From sequence record NC_061444.1: 64,000 nucleotides of DNA; one strand, written 5' to 3'. The position numbers were made by a program, and so were the translations under genes. The notes below the pieces were generated by a model that searched no databases, had not been told where the DNA came from, and worked only from the letters and a program-made list of their open reading frames with translations. This document shows positions 36,411 to 45,390 of the stretch, one piece after another. Positions within the stretch are counted from its first letter, which is position 1. Each line of letters begins with the position of its first letter.

Positions 36411-37325
36411 ATGACTAAGCAACATGTGTCTTATAGCAGCGCGTTCGCAATCGGTGAGAGTGCTATTCTGGTTCTCGATAGCTTTGGGCAGAACAAAGTT
36501 CCGTACGGCGTGATCGAAGGTGTGATGTTCTACGGACGTCAGCGTCTGTACCGTGTGTCGTTGTTCGTTAACGAAGGTACGGAGGCATCACCAGAAGCGT
36601 TCCTGCATCAGGGTCGTCCTGTTGACGGTTTCATTGCGCAGGACTTGAAGCCGATTCTTGACCGTCAGTATGTTGATCATATCGGGCACGTTGGTAAGTT
36701 CGAGCGCACTGATTGTGCCTCCATGGGTGACGCGAGCTTTATCCCAGGTCAGCTTGTAGAAGTCGATATCGACCTTGAAAGCGAAGGCGAACAGGATAAG
36801 TTCAACATCCCTGTAGTCGTTACTGGTGTGACTTACGTTGAAGGTAAAGTGTTGTACGAAGTGAGCATTCAACGTGCCTATTACAATGACGGTCGTGTTA
36901 ATGGCGGTCGTCTGGTGCGTGACACTCTGAGCAACATCGACAGCATTTACCTGAAACCTGTAGGCGGTTGGCCAGAGACTGTGCTCGACGAAGAAAAGGG
37001 TGACGCCACTCTTACAGTCAAAGGCAACGGTACTATCGCTATCGACTGCGATGCGGAGCTGACTATCACTGCTAAATCGATCAGCATTGAACCAGCTACG
37101 CAGACCAACATGCCAATCTCAAACGATCTGTTTGATGCGGCTTATGAAGCGCACCTGTTGGGTATTTTCTGCGGCGATAACAACAAGCAAGCGGCTCGTA
37201 ACTTCCTTGGGCAGTACATCCGTGAACAGGACAAACGCCTGGAAAACTTCCGTGCTCTTGGCTCTGTTAGCGGTCGTGTTTCTGGCCTGACTGAGAACCA
37301 GAGCGCTGAACCTCGTTCTAAGTAA
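36411..37325 (+). CDS. hypothetical protein with two SH3-like repeats
   Basis: FAIGE...LYRV and FIPGQ...LYEV units; C-terminal GSVSGRVS tail. Confidence 0.65.
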   Translation: MTKQHVSYSSAFAIGESAILVLDSFGQNKVPYGVIEGVMFYGRQRLYRVSLFVNEGTEASPEAFLHQGRPVDGFIAQDLKPILDRQYVDHIGHVGKFERTDCASMGDASFIPGQLVEVDIDLESEGEQDKFNIPVVVTGVTYVEGKVLYEVSIQRAYYNDGRVNGGRLVRDTLSNIDSIYLKPVGGWPETVLDEEKGDATLTVKGNGTIAIDCDAELTITAKSISIEPATQTNMPISNDLFDAAYEAHLLGIFCGDNNKQAARNFLGQYIREQDKRLENFRALGSVSGRVSGLTENQSAEPRSK

Positions 37326-37331
37326 CTAAAT

Positions 37332-37357
37332 ATGGGTGACTTCGGTCGCCCATTTTT
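37332..37357 (+). terminator. intrinsic terminator
   Basis: ATGGGTGAC-TTCG-GTCGCCCAT plus T tract. Confidence 0.85.
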
Positions 37358-37367
37358 GTATCTAAAT

Positions 37368-37377
37368 TCTGTAAATA
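37368..37377 (+). promoter_or_regulatory. putative phage promoter, CTGTAAA class
   Basis: TCTGTAAATA directly after a terminator, 29 nt before ATG 37407. Confidence 0.65.
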
Positions 37378-37406
37378 TCTGACACACAAACAAAGAGAGT
37401 ACCGAT

Positions 37407-38060
37407 ATGAATCTTGAGCACGTACAACTGGCAACGGCTGCTGTAGTCAATCTCGTCAATGAGATGAAAAGCGAAGCAGAGAAGAATGGCTTTGCAGTAT
37501 CTGACAAGGAAGATGGAGTTCGTATCGTCTTCCCTGGCTTTAATGGCGGTCAGACCTATAACTTCCTGAATCTGTCACGCATGGCTCTTATCTCAGTGGT
37601 AACGAAGTGTCCGTTCATAATCAAAACAGATGAGCGCTACGGACCAATGATGATACCCGAAGTTGATCTCAGCAAATACGATGGCGAATTCCCTTCGACG
37701 AGAACAATGTTCAGCACAGTCAACAAGGAACTACGTGAGTTCCTGTCGGCGCAAGGTGATCTCGAACCCTCGCACATCTTCTGGGTACAACCTGAGCCTC
37801 CACATATAAACGCCACAGAAGAAGAACGTCATCACTTTGCGGTATTGAGTAACGTGTATGAGAACGGGCGTTTCCGCAATCTAACCACTACACTCTATCA
37901 CTTCTCGTACATCTACCTGACGGATAACGTCAAGTATAAAGTGTTTGAGCATCCAGAGCGCGGCCAGTACGTTGACTTGCACGAAGACTCAGATAAAGCG
38001 TACGGCGAGTTGTGCTGGGAAGTGTTTACTCGCGTTAAGAACGAACTGCGTCCAGCGTAA
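37407..38060 (+). CDS. hypothetical protein (217 aa)
   Basis: First gene after terminator and promoter. Confidence 0.65.
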   Translation: MNLEHVQLATAAVVNLVNEMKSEAEKNGFAVSDKEDGVRIVFPGFNGGQTYNFLNLSRMALISVVTKCPFIIKTDERYGPMMIPEVDLSKYDGEFPSTRTMFSTVNKELREFLSAQGDLEPSHIFWVQPEPPHINATEEERHHFAVLSNVYENGRFRNLTTTLYHFSYIYLTDNVKYKVFEHPERGQYVDLHEDSDKAYGELCWEVFTRVKNELRPA

Positions 38061-38072
38061 GTTGAGGTGACC

Positions 38073-38420
38073 GTGGAACAACATAAGCCTGTAGTCAAAC
38101 AGATGGTCGATTACGTCACGAAGCGTATAAACGAAAACGCGACTGATGGACTCGATATCAGCGAAGATGCGTGGCGTAGTCATGCACGAGATATCGTTAA
38201 CGGTGTAATGCGCGCCTTTAACGATAAACCTGAGAGTGGTGTGCGTGTTGTGTGCGACGAATCAAATAACCCGCAATACAACATCGACAACAACATTCTG
38301 ACCATTGATGTTATCATCACAGGTCAACCGCTGCGTAAACTCATTCTCGGAGAAGAAGATGATCAAAAGACTATTAGCGTGGTTTGCTCGCTCGAAGACC
38401 CAGCCAAAGAAAACCTTTGA
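38073..38420 (+). CDS. small protein resembling the tail sheath C-terminal domain
   Basis: VRVVCDESNNPQYNIDNNILTIDVII resembles gp18-type VVCDETNNTP..ID.N. Confidence 0.5.
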   Translation: MEQHKPVVKQMVDYVTKRINENATDGLDISEDAWRSHARDIVNGVMRAFNDKPESGVRVVCDESNNPQYNIDNNILTIDVIITGQPLRKLILGEEDDQKTISVVCSLEDPAKENL

Positions 38421-38838
38421 AGAAAAGCTGGACGATGTTGCGGGAGTGAAGCACGATAACTCTTTGGCCGCTGAGATTCGTCGTCACGATGAACAGCTAC
38501 GTCGAGCGCTGCATCCAGGGTATCAACCGATTCGTAGGGAAGATGATCCAAAGGTAGTAGACTTCCCTACACGGCGTTATCAGACGCAACGAAGTGCTGA
38601 TCGACCTAAGCCGTTGAATCGTGGCATGACGGTCAATCAACATGCGTCCAGTCGAGCAGCAACAGACGATCTGGCAATGGCAATGATGATGCGCCAGACG
38701 TTCGTAGCACCATCACCGATTGTCTCTTACGACGATGACTGCCGCAATACTCATCACACGCCTAGTCATGGTGGTTACGATAGCCCGTCTGATGGTGGCG
38801 GTTCAAGCGACGGCGGTGGAGGAGGTTCATGTGATTAA
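38359..38838 (+). CDS. hypothetical protein with Gly/Ser/Asp low-complexity tail
   Basis: Start re-called to ATG 38359; ends DGGGSSDGGGGGSCD. Confidence 0.6.
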   Translation: MIKRLLAWFARSKTQPKKTFEEKLDDVAGVKHDNSLAAEIRRHDEQLRRALHPGYQPIRREDDPKVVDFPTRRYQTQRSADRPKPLNRGMTVNQHASSRAATDDLAMAMMMRQTFVAPSPIVSYDDDCRNTHHTPSHGGYDSPSDGGGSSDGGGGGSCD

Positions 38839-39172
38839 ACGTCTAGCAAACTGGATAGGCTTGATGCTTATCTCTGACAAGAACAAGCGCAAGCTCCGTC
38901 AACACGAAGCGATGATGCGCGCCTGCACTGACGTGTACGACTGGTGTGGCGCAGACTTACCGCAAACAGCAGAAGCAGTTGAGTATGTGCGTACTCGCGC
39001 TCTCGGTTATGAGAATCGCTTGAACATACACAACGGTAAGATCATGACGCCATACGAATGTCACACTGGTATCAGTGACTGGCGTGATGCGATGCGCCGT
39101 AAGTACCGCGAACTACCTGAACTTGATTTCGACGGCAAAGACTTCAAGGTCAAGTCAGTATCTGTAAACTGA
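38831..39172 (+). CDS. hypothetical protein
   Basis: GTG 38831 with GGAGG SD. Confidence 0.6.
   Translation: MIKRLANWIGLMLISDKNKRKLRQHEAMMRACTDVYDWCGADLPQTAEAVEYVRTRALGYENRLNIHNGKIMTPYECHTGISDWRDAMRRKYRELPELDFDGKDFKVKSVSVN
39161..39170 (+). promoter_or_regulatory. putative phage promoter, CTGTAAA class (variant)
   Basis: TCTGTAAACT 31 nt before ATG 39202. Confidence 0.45.
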
Positions 39173-39201
39173 TCGCACGAACAACATATACCGAGAAAAA
39201 T

Positions 39202-39687
39202 ATGGAAAAGAAACAGAAGCAGCCCAAGAACGATAATCCAAACATCGTTGTCTTGGACATTGAAATGTATCGCACACTTGTGGGTTACGCTAAGTGCGGT
39301 GAAGCAGATTGCGGTGAAGGTTTCTTTGGGAAAACAATGCGGGATATCGAAAAACACGCACGGCACTTCAATGTGCATCTACGCCCGCAGTTCGAGCAGC
39401 AGCAAAAGAACGAGCGCATGGCGAAAGCAGAACGCCGTCGTCTGGTGAAGAAAGCTCGTCGTCTAAGTTCGCAGCGTGAGCCTGTGCGTTTCCTCGTTGA
39501 CCACCAGCACAAGGTAATCTACCCTATCGTCATTATCGGCGTAGCGTCTGACAATCAACTGCGCTTGAAGTATCACGCGCTGTCAGACGGCTGGGAATCA
39601 TACGCTATGGTTGATCGCATCTTCGAAACACCAGAAGAGTTGCCTCAGTCGTATCGCGTGATGAAAGAAGGGGAGAAGTGCGAATGA
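39202..39687 (+). CDS. hypothetical protein
   Basis: ORF in operon. Confidence 0.6.
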   Translation: MEKKQKQPKNDNPNIVVLDIEMYRTLVGYAKCGEADCGEGFFGKTMRDIEKHARHFNVHLRPQFEQQQKNERMAKAERRRLVKKARRLSSQREPVRFLVDHQHKVIYPIVIIGVASDNQLRLKYHALSDGWESYAMVDRIFETPEELPQSYRVMKEGEKCE

Positions 39688-40082
39688 AAGCTCTTTCTAT
39701 CCGTCAACCGTGGGCGTGGCTGATCGTTCAAGGCCACAAGAAGATTGAGAACCGTACGTGGGACACAAAGAAGCGCGGACGTTTCCTCATTCATGCAAGC
39801 TCGAAGCGACCGAGTGATGACGACATGGAAGCAGCGCTAGCTATCTGCACCAAGCTGGGTATTGCTCTGCCGCATAAAGCAGACTTTACTCTCGGTGCTA
39901 TCGTTGGCTACGCTTCGCTGTGTGGCACTGTCACTCAGTCTGACGACCCATTTTTCTTCGGGCCTGTAGGGTTGCAGTTGAAAGACTGTCACGCAGTTGA
40001 GCCTATTCGTTTCAAAGGCGCTCTCAGTTTCTTCAACACGCCGTACTGCGTCAACAACGGAAAGGTGGTACACTCACGGTGA
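39684..40082 (+). CDS. ASCH domain protein
   Basis: MKALSIRQPWAWLIVQGHKKIENRTW...RGRFLIHAS, GAIVG. Confidence 0.9.
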   Translation: MKALSIRQPWAWLIVQGHKKIENRTWDTKKRGRFLIHASSKRPSDDDMEAALAICTKLGIALPHKADFTLGAIVGYASLCGTVTQSDDPFFFGPVGLQLKDCHAVEPIRFKGALSFFNTPYCVNNGKVVHSR

Positions 40083-40294
40083 GACCCATACTGGTTGTAC
40101 ATAATGGTAAAGTTCTGCCTGCACAACTGGTTAATGAAGATCGCAATGACGTGTATTTCGTGCGGCAGATTGTAGTCCGTGGATTCTCAGTCTTCACGAC
40201 GGGTATATGTCCAGTTGCCTACGTCGTGTTTCTCTACGGCTACTCGCCAACGAAAGATGATTACGATGTTGTGAGCGCTATGCGTGGCAGATAA
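40079..40294 (+). CDS. hypothetical protein
   Basis: GTGA-coupled ORF ending at a terminator. Confidence 0.55.
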   Translation: MRPILVVHNGKVLPAQLVNEDRNDVYFVRQIVVRGFSVFTTGICPVAYVVFLYGYSPTKDDYDVVSAMRGR

Positions 40295-40296
40295 AC

Positions 40297-40324
40297 AAAG
40301 GGTGGCCTAATGGTCGCCCTTTTT
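40297..40324 (+). terminator. intrinsic terminator, near copy of 19835
   Basis: AAAGGGTGGCC-TAAT-GGTCGCCCTTTTT. Confidence 0.85.
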
Positions 40325-40352
40325 GTGTTTTACTTTCGAAACGAGGAACATC

Positions 40353-40757
40353 ATGCTACCGTTTGCACCTAAGACGCGTGTAGTCAGTATGCGTAATGGA
40401 AACAAAGACTATGACGTGCGCATCGACCGTGAGACTAAGTGGGGCAACAAGTTCTACATGAAGCGGGAGACAGTCGCAGAACGCAACCGAGTGTGCGACG
40501 AACATGAGGAAGATTTGTGGAAGAAGATACTCAGCGGTGAGATTCTATTGAGGCATTTGCTTGAACTGTACGGTAAGCGATTGGGTTGTTGGTGTAGCCC
40601 TAAGCGTTGTCACGGTGACGCGTTGGTCAGAGCAGCAGAATGGGCGTATCAGCTAAACTGTAAATATGAACGTATCAAACGTACATACAGGAAACGCCGT
40701 CGTGCAGCAGCTAAAGCCAATCGTCAAAAAGACAGGAAGAAAGTTTCTCGCAAGTAG
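40353..40757 (+). CDS. DUF4326 family protein
   Basis: IDRETKWGNKF, LYGKRLGCWCSPKRCHGDAL. Confidence 0.85.
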   Translation: MLPFAPKTRVVSMRNGNKDYDVRIDRETKWGNKFYMKRETVAERNRVCDEHEEDLWKKILSGEILLRHLLELYGKRLGCWCSPKRCHGDALVRAAEWAYQLNCKYERIKRTYRKRRRAAAKANRQKDRKKVSRK

Positions 40758-40764
40758 TCCCTCA

Positions 40765-41256
40765 ATGCGGGCCATGAATTGGGAAGTATATGTCAGCCCA
40801 TGCAGTGGCCTTGCTTATGGACAGTTTGCAGTCGCGTGGGGTGCAGCGCATCTCGTCATCCACACGCTCGATGCCACAGAGCAGATTCGCCATAACTGCG
40901 ACCAGCTCTACATCGACAAGCTAACGTTAATCATCGACTGCCTGAACGAGTTCATGGATCTGCTTGGTACGACAAATACTGGTCGTCGCCGTGAGTGGTT
41001 GAACCCGATAGAAACAGGTGCTACGGGCAGCGTGGCCTACTGTTACTCAGTGGCAGAGAAAGAGTCCACCGTGTATTTCGAGCTTGGCTCATGCACAGAC
41101 AAGATTCGCTTCTACCCCGCAATGACAGGCCGTAATAAACTGCGCAATCTCAAAACCAGTATGGAGAGACTGCGCGTAGAGCTTGCTAACCACAGGCAAG
41201 CCATGCTTGATACAATGAGCGTAGTCAACGAAACACGGGCTATGCTGAATCTGTAA
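40765..41256 (+). CDS. hypothetical protein
   Basis: Start re-called after the DUF4326 stop. Confidence 0.55.
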   Translation: MRAMNWEVYVSPCSGLAYGQFAVAWGAAHLVIHTLDATEQIRHNCDQLYIDKLTLIIDCLNEFMDLLGTTNTGRRREWLNPIETGATGSVAYCYSVAEKESTVYFELGSCTDKIRFYPAMTGRNKLRNLKTSMERLRVELANHRQAMLDTMSVVNETRAMLNL

Positions 41257-41259
41257 ATA
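41250..41259 (+). promoter_or_regulatory. putative phage promoter, CTGTAAA class
   Basis: TCTGTAAATA 38 nt before ATG 41298. Confidence 0.6.
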
Positions 41260-41297
41260 TAGCGTAAGATCACTATACCTAGAATAAGGACCATATT

Positions 41298-41624
41298 ATG
41301 GCAATGACTGAATTGCAGTTCGCGCTATCCATGTTTTCTCAGAAGTGTTCTGAGGCTGCCGTGCTTGCTACAGAGGCCCAACAGTTTGGCCTTGGTCATT
41401 TTGACAATAGCGGCAAGCCTGTTGTAGATCGTCTCCTGAGCATCATGCGTGATATTGACGCGGCTCAGTATCTGGTTGAAGAAAAAGCGCAGGCGTTTGA
41501 GTACGTGCCTGATGTGCTCCGCGCTCTGGACCGTACCGACGAATTGAAAGCACTCATGGAACAGGCCAAAGATAATGGTCAAGTGCTCCGTGAAGACGAA
41601 GAAGATGAAGACGAGGACGAATAA
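41298..41624 (+). CDS. hypothetical protein, weakly MazG-like, acidic tail
   Basis: CSEAAVLATEAQQFG...DRL...DI pattern; EDEEDEDEDE tail. Confidence 0.55.
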   Translation: MAMTELQFALSMFSQKCSEAAVLATEAQQFGLGHFDNSGKPVVDRLLSIMRDIDAAQYLVEEKAQAFEYVPDVLRALDRTDELKALMEQAKDNGQVLREDEEDEDEDE

Positions 41625-41626
41625 TA

Positions 41627-42142
41627 ATGAGTTACTCTTTCGTTGTTGAGTGGAATATCCGACTCAAGGCAGATACGCCTAAAGAAGTTATCAGCATGTT
41701 GAAGCAGTGGCACAATAACCCGCACGGCTTTGACGATTTTCTGCATCTGGGCATTGACGTAAGTGCAGCGTTGGGTTGTCGTGACAGCGAAGGCTTCGCT
41801 AGCGTTGTTCCTGACAGAAACTTCATTCACGGTTCCGGTGTAGTTACCTGCATTCGCACCTGCTCAAACTTCTCGCGCCGCTCTCAAGGTACAGACCGTC
41901 TTGTTGGTTTCATCAACTGGCTTGAGCCGTACATCGACCATCGTGATGACGTTATTGGTATCATGCGCGGTGAAGACGATCTGTATAACATTCATGATGA
42001 CCGCGTGAACATGTGGTCCGATGAACCACAAACGCCTACCGAAACCTACTACGAAATTCGCGTAGTTAACAACCATGCCCAGATCAAATACGTGCGTGGT
42101 GATCTCTATAACCTCTACCCGTGGGTACAACATGCTTACTAA
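41627..42142 (+). CDS. hypothetical protein (171 aa)
   Basis: ORF in operon. Confidence 0.65.
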   Translation: MSYSFVVEWNIRLKADTPKEVISMLKQWHNNPHGFDDFLHLGIDVSAALGCRDSEGFASVVPDRNFIHGSGVVTCIRTCSNFSRRSQGTDRLVGFINWLEPYIDHRDDVIGIMRGEDDLYNIHDDRVNMWSDEPQTPTETYYEIRVVNNHAQIKYVRGDLYNLYPWVQHAY

Positions 42143-42806
42143 CATTGCACGTCTTGTCGCTACACAAGCTCATCACGGCCAAGTACGCAAGTACACTAAC
42201 GAGCCTTACATCAATCACCCGCTGCGTGTTGCACATTGGTTGTCGCAATTTAACGTGGGTGAACTGATCGAAGCTGGCGCTATCTGTCACGATGTTATCG
42301 AAGACACAGGCGTTACGCACGGTACGTTGGAACTGACTGTCGGCACTCAGGTTGCTGATCTGGTACTTGAAGTAACCAACAACGAATACCCTGAAGGTAC
42401 GCCACGCGTTGAGAAGTTCTGGGGCAACGTCATCAAACTGCTGCAAGCCAGCCATCAGGCGCAAACGCTCAAATGCGGCGATTGCTACGACAACTGCAAA
42501 GACGTGTACGAGCTGGACCCGTCGTATGCTGCGCGTTACATCGCAGAGAAGTTCTTCATGATCCGCATGTTCACTCGCGCTCAGGGTGACGTTCGTGCCG
42601 CAGTGCTGCAACTACTGTCCGATATCTATAATAAAATGTCTGACGGTCATCGCATCTATTGCCTGGAGTACATGCAGCGTCTGGAACGCGAATGCCCGGA
42701 CAGCCTGTTAATCCACTTCCACAACGCACTGGCGGAAGCCCAGAACTACAACGGCTACACTCTGCGCATCGGTGATAATCATGGAACTGAAACTGCCGCC
42801 GTTTAA
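42132..42806 (+). CDS. HD-domain hydrolase, Mesh1/SpoT-like
   Basis: AHHGQVRK...EPYINHP, CHDVIEDT, VLEVT, KCGDCYDN. Confidence 0.88.
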   Translation: MLTNIARLVATQAHHGQVRKYTNEPYINHPLRVAHWLSQFNVGELIEAGAICHDVIEDTGVTHGTLELTVGTQVADLVLEVTNNEYPEGTPRVEKFWGNVIKLLQASHQAQTLKCGDCYDNCKDVYELDPSYAARYIAEKFFMIRMFTRAQGDVRAAVLQLLSDIYNKMSDGHRIYCLEYMQRLERECPDSLLIHFHNALAEAQNYNGYTLRIGDNHGTETAAV

Positions 42807-43155
42807 AACTCGTAGCGTGTTGGTTGAGAATATGGAAATCAAAAACAAACACGCTAATGCAGTTTTGACTGTCAGTGAAACAAGCTGGTGGGGCTTTCGC
42901 AAACGTCATCTGCGAGTGAGGATGAAGTGTGATAAAATCACTCGAAAAGAGCCTGAGTGGTTCGCACTTGTTGAGTGGACTGACGGCTTTATTTACATGC
43001 CTATCTGCGACGATCATGAAGTCCTGACAGTAGCAACCAATACACTACGCGATATGCGCAACATGAACATGACACACTTTGATCAGTTGCTTGCGCATCG
43101 CCTTACTATTCACATGAGGAAGAATCATGGCCGCCTTATCTCTGCACCTGTTTGA
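42781..43155 (+). CDS. hypothetical protein
   Basis: ORF in operon. Confidence 0.55.
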   Translation: MELKLPPFKTRSVLVENMEIKNKHANAVLTVSETSWWGFRKRHLRVRMKCDKITRKEPEWFALVEWTDGFIYMPICDDHEVLTVATNTLRDMRNMNMTHFDQLLAHRLTIHMRKNHGRLISAPV

Positions 43156-43510
43156 GAACGTAGTGAACGAGCAAGAGTTTGCTGAACGCCGCTTTCATAA
43201 AAGCATTATGCTGATGAAAAGCGCTACGCCGAATAGCGTGTGCGTCAAAGAAGCCGTACCACAGACTTTCGCCGTGTACGAAGTGGGTGATACCCGCACG
43301 TATGCTGCAACTGTCGGTACGCACCTGCCTGAGCATTTGCAGCAAGCAATGAACCTTGAGCCAGTGCGTGTGTGGCAATTGGTTCGTCGTGGTGACGATG
43401 TATTCTTTGTAGGCGAAAGCTCCGAAGCAATCGTTGCTGAAAACGTTGTACCTGCTGAGATTCTTGTTGAGGGAGGCCAAGATGCAGAGCGTTGCTGGGC
43501 AGCCCGTTGA
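43127..43510 (+). CDS. hypothetical protein
   Basis: gagga SD. Confidence 0.6.
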   Translation: MAALSLHLFENVVNEQEFAERRFHKSIMLMKSATPNSVCVKEAVPQTFAVYEVGDTRTYAATVGTHLPEHLQQAMNLEPVRVWQLVRRGDDVFFVGESSEAIVAENVVPAEILVEGGQDAERCWAAR

Positions 43511-44162
43511 GTTAACCGCTAAAGACGTTGAAGCATATTGGAGGGGACGTGCCTACATTGAAGCTGCGCGACTTGCGCACGAAAGCCATGAAGACCCTAC
43601 GGCGCACACTCTCAGTCATGCAGAGATCGCTCCGTTTTTAGATCAGGGTAATGCGATCATCGAACCGCTGCGTGAACAGCATGAGCAACAACAGGCGGAT
43701 GCTCAGTTTGAGCACTCTCTGCCTGATGCTGTCTTCGAAGAGGGCAACACGCTTGAGCCTCGTTTCGTTATCTTGCTTGCGCTTATGCTTGACAGTGAGA
43801 AGCAGGTTGGCGGTAAGACGCTGCGAGCTATGGCTGATATCTCTGCCTATGCTCGTGACAGAAAGATCGTGTTAGTGCTTAACGGTCATGATACAGAGCT
43901 GGCGCGTCACCTTGCGCGTGAGTCAGGCTACGAAGTGAAAGAGTCTGGTCTGATTGAAGCTGCGCAGGCTATCAGTGCAAAGATGCTGCGGAGAGAACAA
44001 CTCACAGGCTTCTTCGAACTCGATACGCCTCGTGTGCGTAAAGAGCCTGACCCTAATCTGAAAGCTGTACGTCAGTCGCACAATCGTGTAGGCAGACATT
44101 CAGGCCACCAGCGTTTTAACGCGAAGCCTCAACGCCAGAACTTCAAAGGTCGCGGTCGTTGA
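43482..44162 (+). CDS. hypothetical protein, basic C-terminus
   Basis: ATG 43482 with GGAGG SD. Confidence 0.65.
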   Translation: MQSVAGQPVELTAKDVEAYWRGRAYIEAARLAHESHEDPTAHTLSHAEIAPFLDQGNAIIEPLREQHEQQQADAQFEHSLPDAVFEEGNTLEPRFVILLALMLDSEKQVGGKTLRAMADISAYARDRKIVLVLNGHDTELARHLARESGYEVKESGLIEAAQAISAKMLRREQLTGFFELDTPRVRKEPDPNLKAVRQSHNRVGRHSGHQRFNAKPQRQNFKGRGR

Positions 44163-44356
44163 GCAAGTCACCATCTCTACCGCAGTCTCCACTAGATGCG
44201 GTATCAACGCGCACAAGAGTTTTTCTTGATGTGCTGAATAATGAACGTACACCAGCAGGTGAATGTATCAGCCGTGTTGTGGATGCGGAACTTGCTCAGG
44301 GGAATGGCCATGAGTATAAAAGACTGGTTGATACGGACGGAGACAATCGTCCATGA
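44159..44356 (+). CDS. hypothetical protein (65 aa)
   Basis: TTGA-coupled short ORF. Confidence 0.4.
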   Translation: MSKSPSLPQSPLDAVSTRTRVFLDVLNNERTPAGECISRVVDAELAQGNGHEYKRLVDTDGDNRP

Positions 44357-44666
44357 GATGATTGTCAATGTCGAAGACGGTACAGCGGTAGGCTCAGTGG
44401 AGACTGTTTACTACGGACCTAAGCGTACCGGAGGCAATCGCATTCACGGCAGAAATCAGTCCTGTATGTGCCACGATATCTACCGTCGTCATTTGACGTG
44501 GACGGATGTTAATGGCATGGACGATCTCTTGCCTAAAGACAACACTGCGAAGTCATTGAGCCGTAGACTACGCACTGAACTCAACAAACTCGTTGCAGAA
44601 GGTAAAGTAAATGGCGAGTCCATTATCAGAGATGCAAATAGGCAGCCCACTGCCGAACACGAGTGA
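44304..44666 (+). CDS. hypothetical protein
   Basis: Start re-called; agggg SD. Confidence 0.55.
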   Translation: MAMSIKDWLIRTETIVHEMIVNVEDGTAVGSVETVYYGPKRTGGNRIHGRNQSCMCHDIYRRHLTWTDVNGMDDLLPKDNTAKSLSRRLRTELNKLVAEGKVNGESIIRDANRQPTAEHE

Positions 44667-45336
44667 TCTGATCTTCAAACAGATACTCGAAGGTAACATC
44701 GAGATTCTCGATACAGTCCAAGAGCTACACGAACGCAGTCAGATAAACATGCGTAACGTTGAGTCGCTTGGGCTGGTTGCACTTAACGGTAGTTGGTGCT
44801 ATACGCCTAAGTATTTGCACGAAAACAAACACGCTATCTCATACATGCTCGGTCATGTTCTGCTTGGTCCGACGCTGAACTACACCACTCTCCTGACCGA
44901 GATGACTCAGCGTGTAGAGAACGAGATGTATTACGGCCCGTTGCGTCAACTGCGCACCTTCCTAATCAATCACGATACAGTGTCGGGCAAAACTGATTTG
45001 CGTATGCCTGACGAATGGACAATTGACTTCGATGAAAGCCTAACAGTGGCAGACTTCATGGGTGTCGTTGAAGCCTATGTGCGTGAACCGCAACGTCAGG
45101 CAATCTCGTCGTTTGTGTACGAGCACTTCTACGCAAATGGTCTGAACGACAAAAACGGTGCTGCGCGTTTCGCATTCATCGGCGGTCAGATGGTGTTCGT
45201 TGCGCCTGACAGTTTTGCGCCCGGTGTTAACTACAAATACAACATGACGCGAATCATACGCTTCATCTCACGTCCGTGGAATCACGGTCTTGACCAGAAG
45301 AATCTTCGCGCCTATCGCAGTCTCGTAAATCTGTAA
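44611..45336 (+). CDS. hypothetical protein (241 aa)
   Basis: Long ORF; start uncertain. Confidence 0.6.
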   Translation: MASPLSEMQIGSPLPNTSDLIFKQILEGNIEILDTVQELHERSQINMRNVESLGLVALNGSWCYTPKYLHENKHAISYMLGHVLLGPTLNYTTLLTEMTQRVENEMYYGPLRQLRTFLINHDTVSGKTDLRMPDEWTIDFDESLTVADFMGVVEAYVREPQRQAISSFVYEHFYANGLNDKNGAARFAFIGGQMVFVAPDSFAPGVNYKYNMTRIIRFISRPWNHGLDQKNLRAYRSLVNL

Positions 45337-45339
45337 ATA
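45330..45339 (+). promoter_or_regulatory. putative phage promoter, CTGTAAA class
   Basis: TCTGTAAATA 51 nt before ATG 45391. Confidence 0.55.
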
Positions 45340-45390
45340 CTGACTGCTAAAGTTAACTGTCTCTAACTTCTCGATAGAAAGGAAAAAGTA

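Noticed and set aside
38740-38838. GGT/GGC-rich tract as a functional DNA repeat
   Set aside because: Explained by the Gly/Ser low-complexity protein tail
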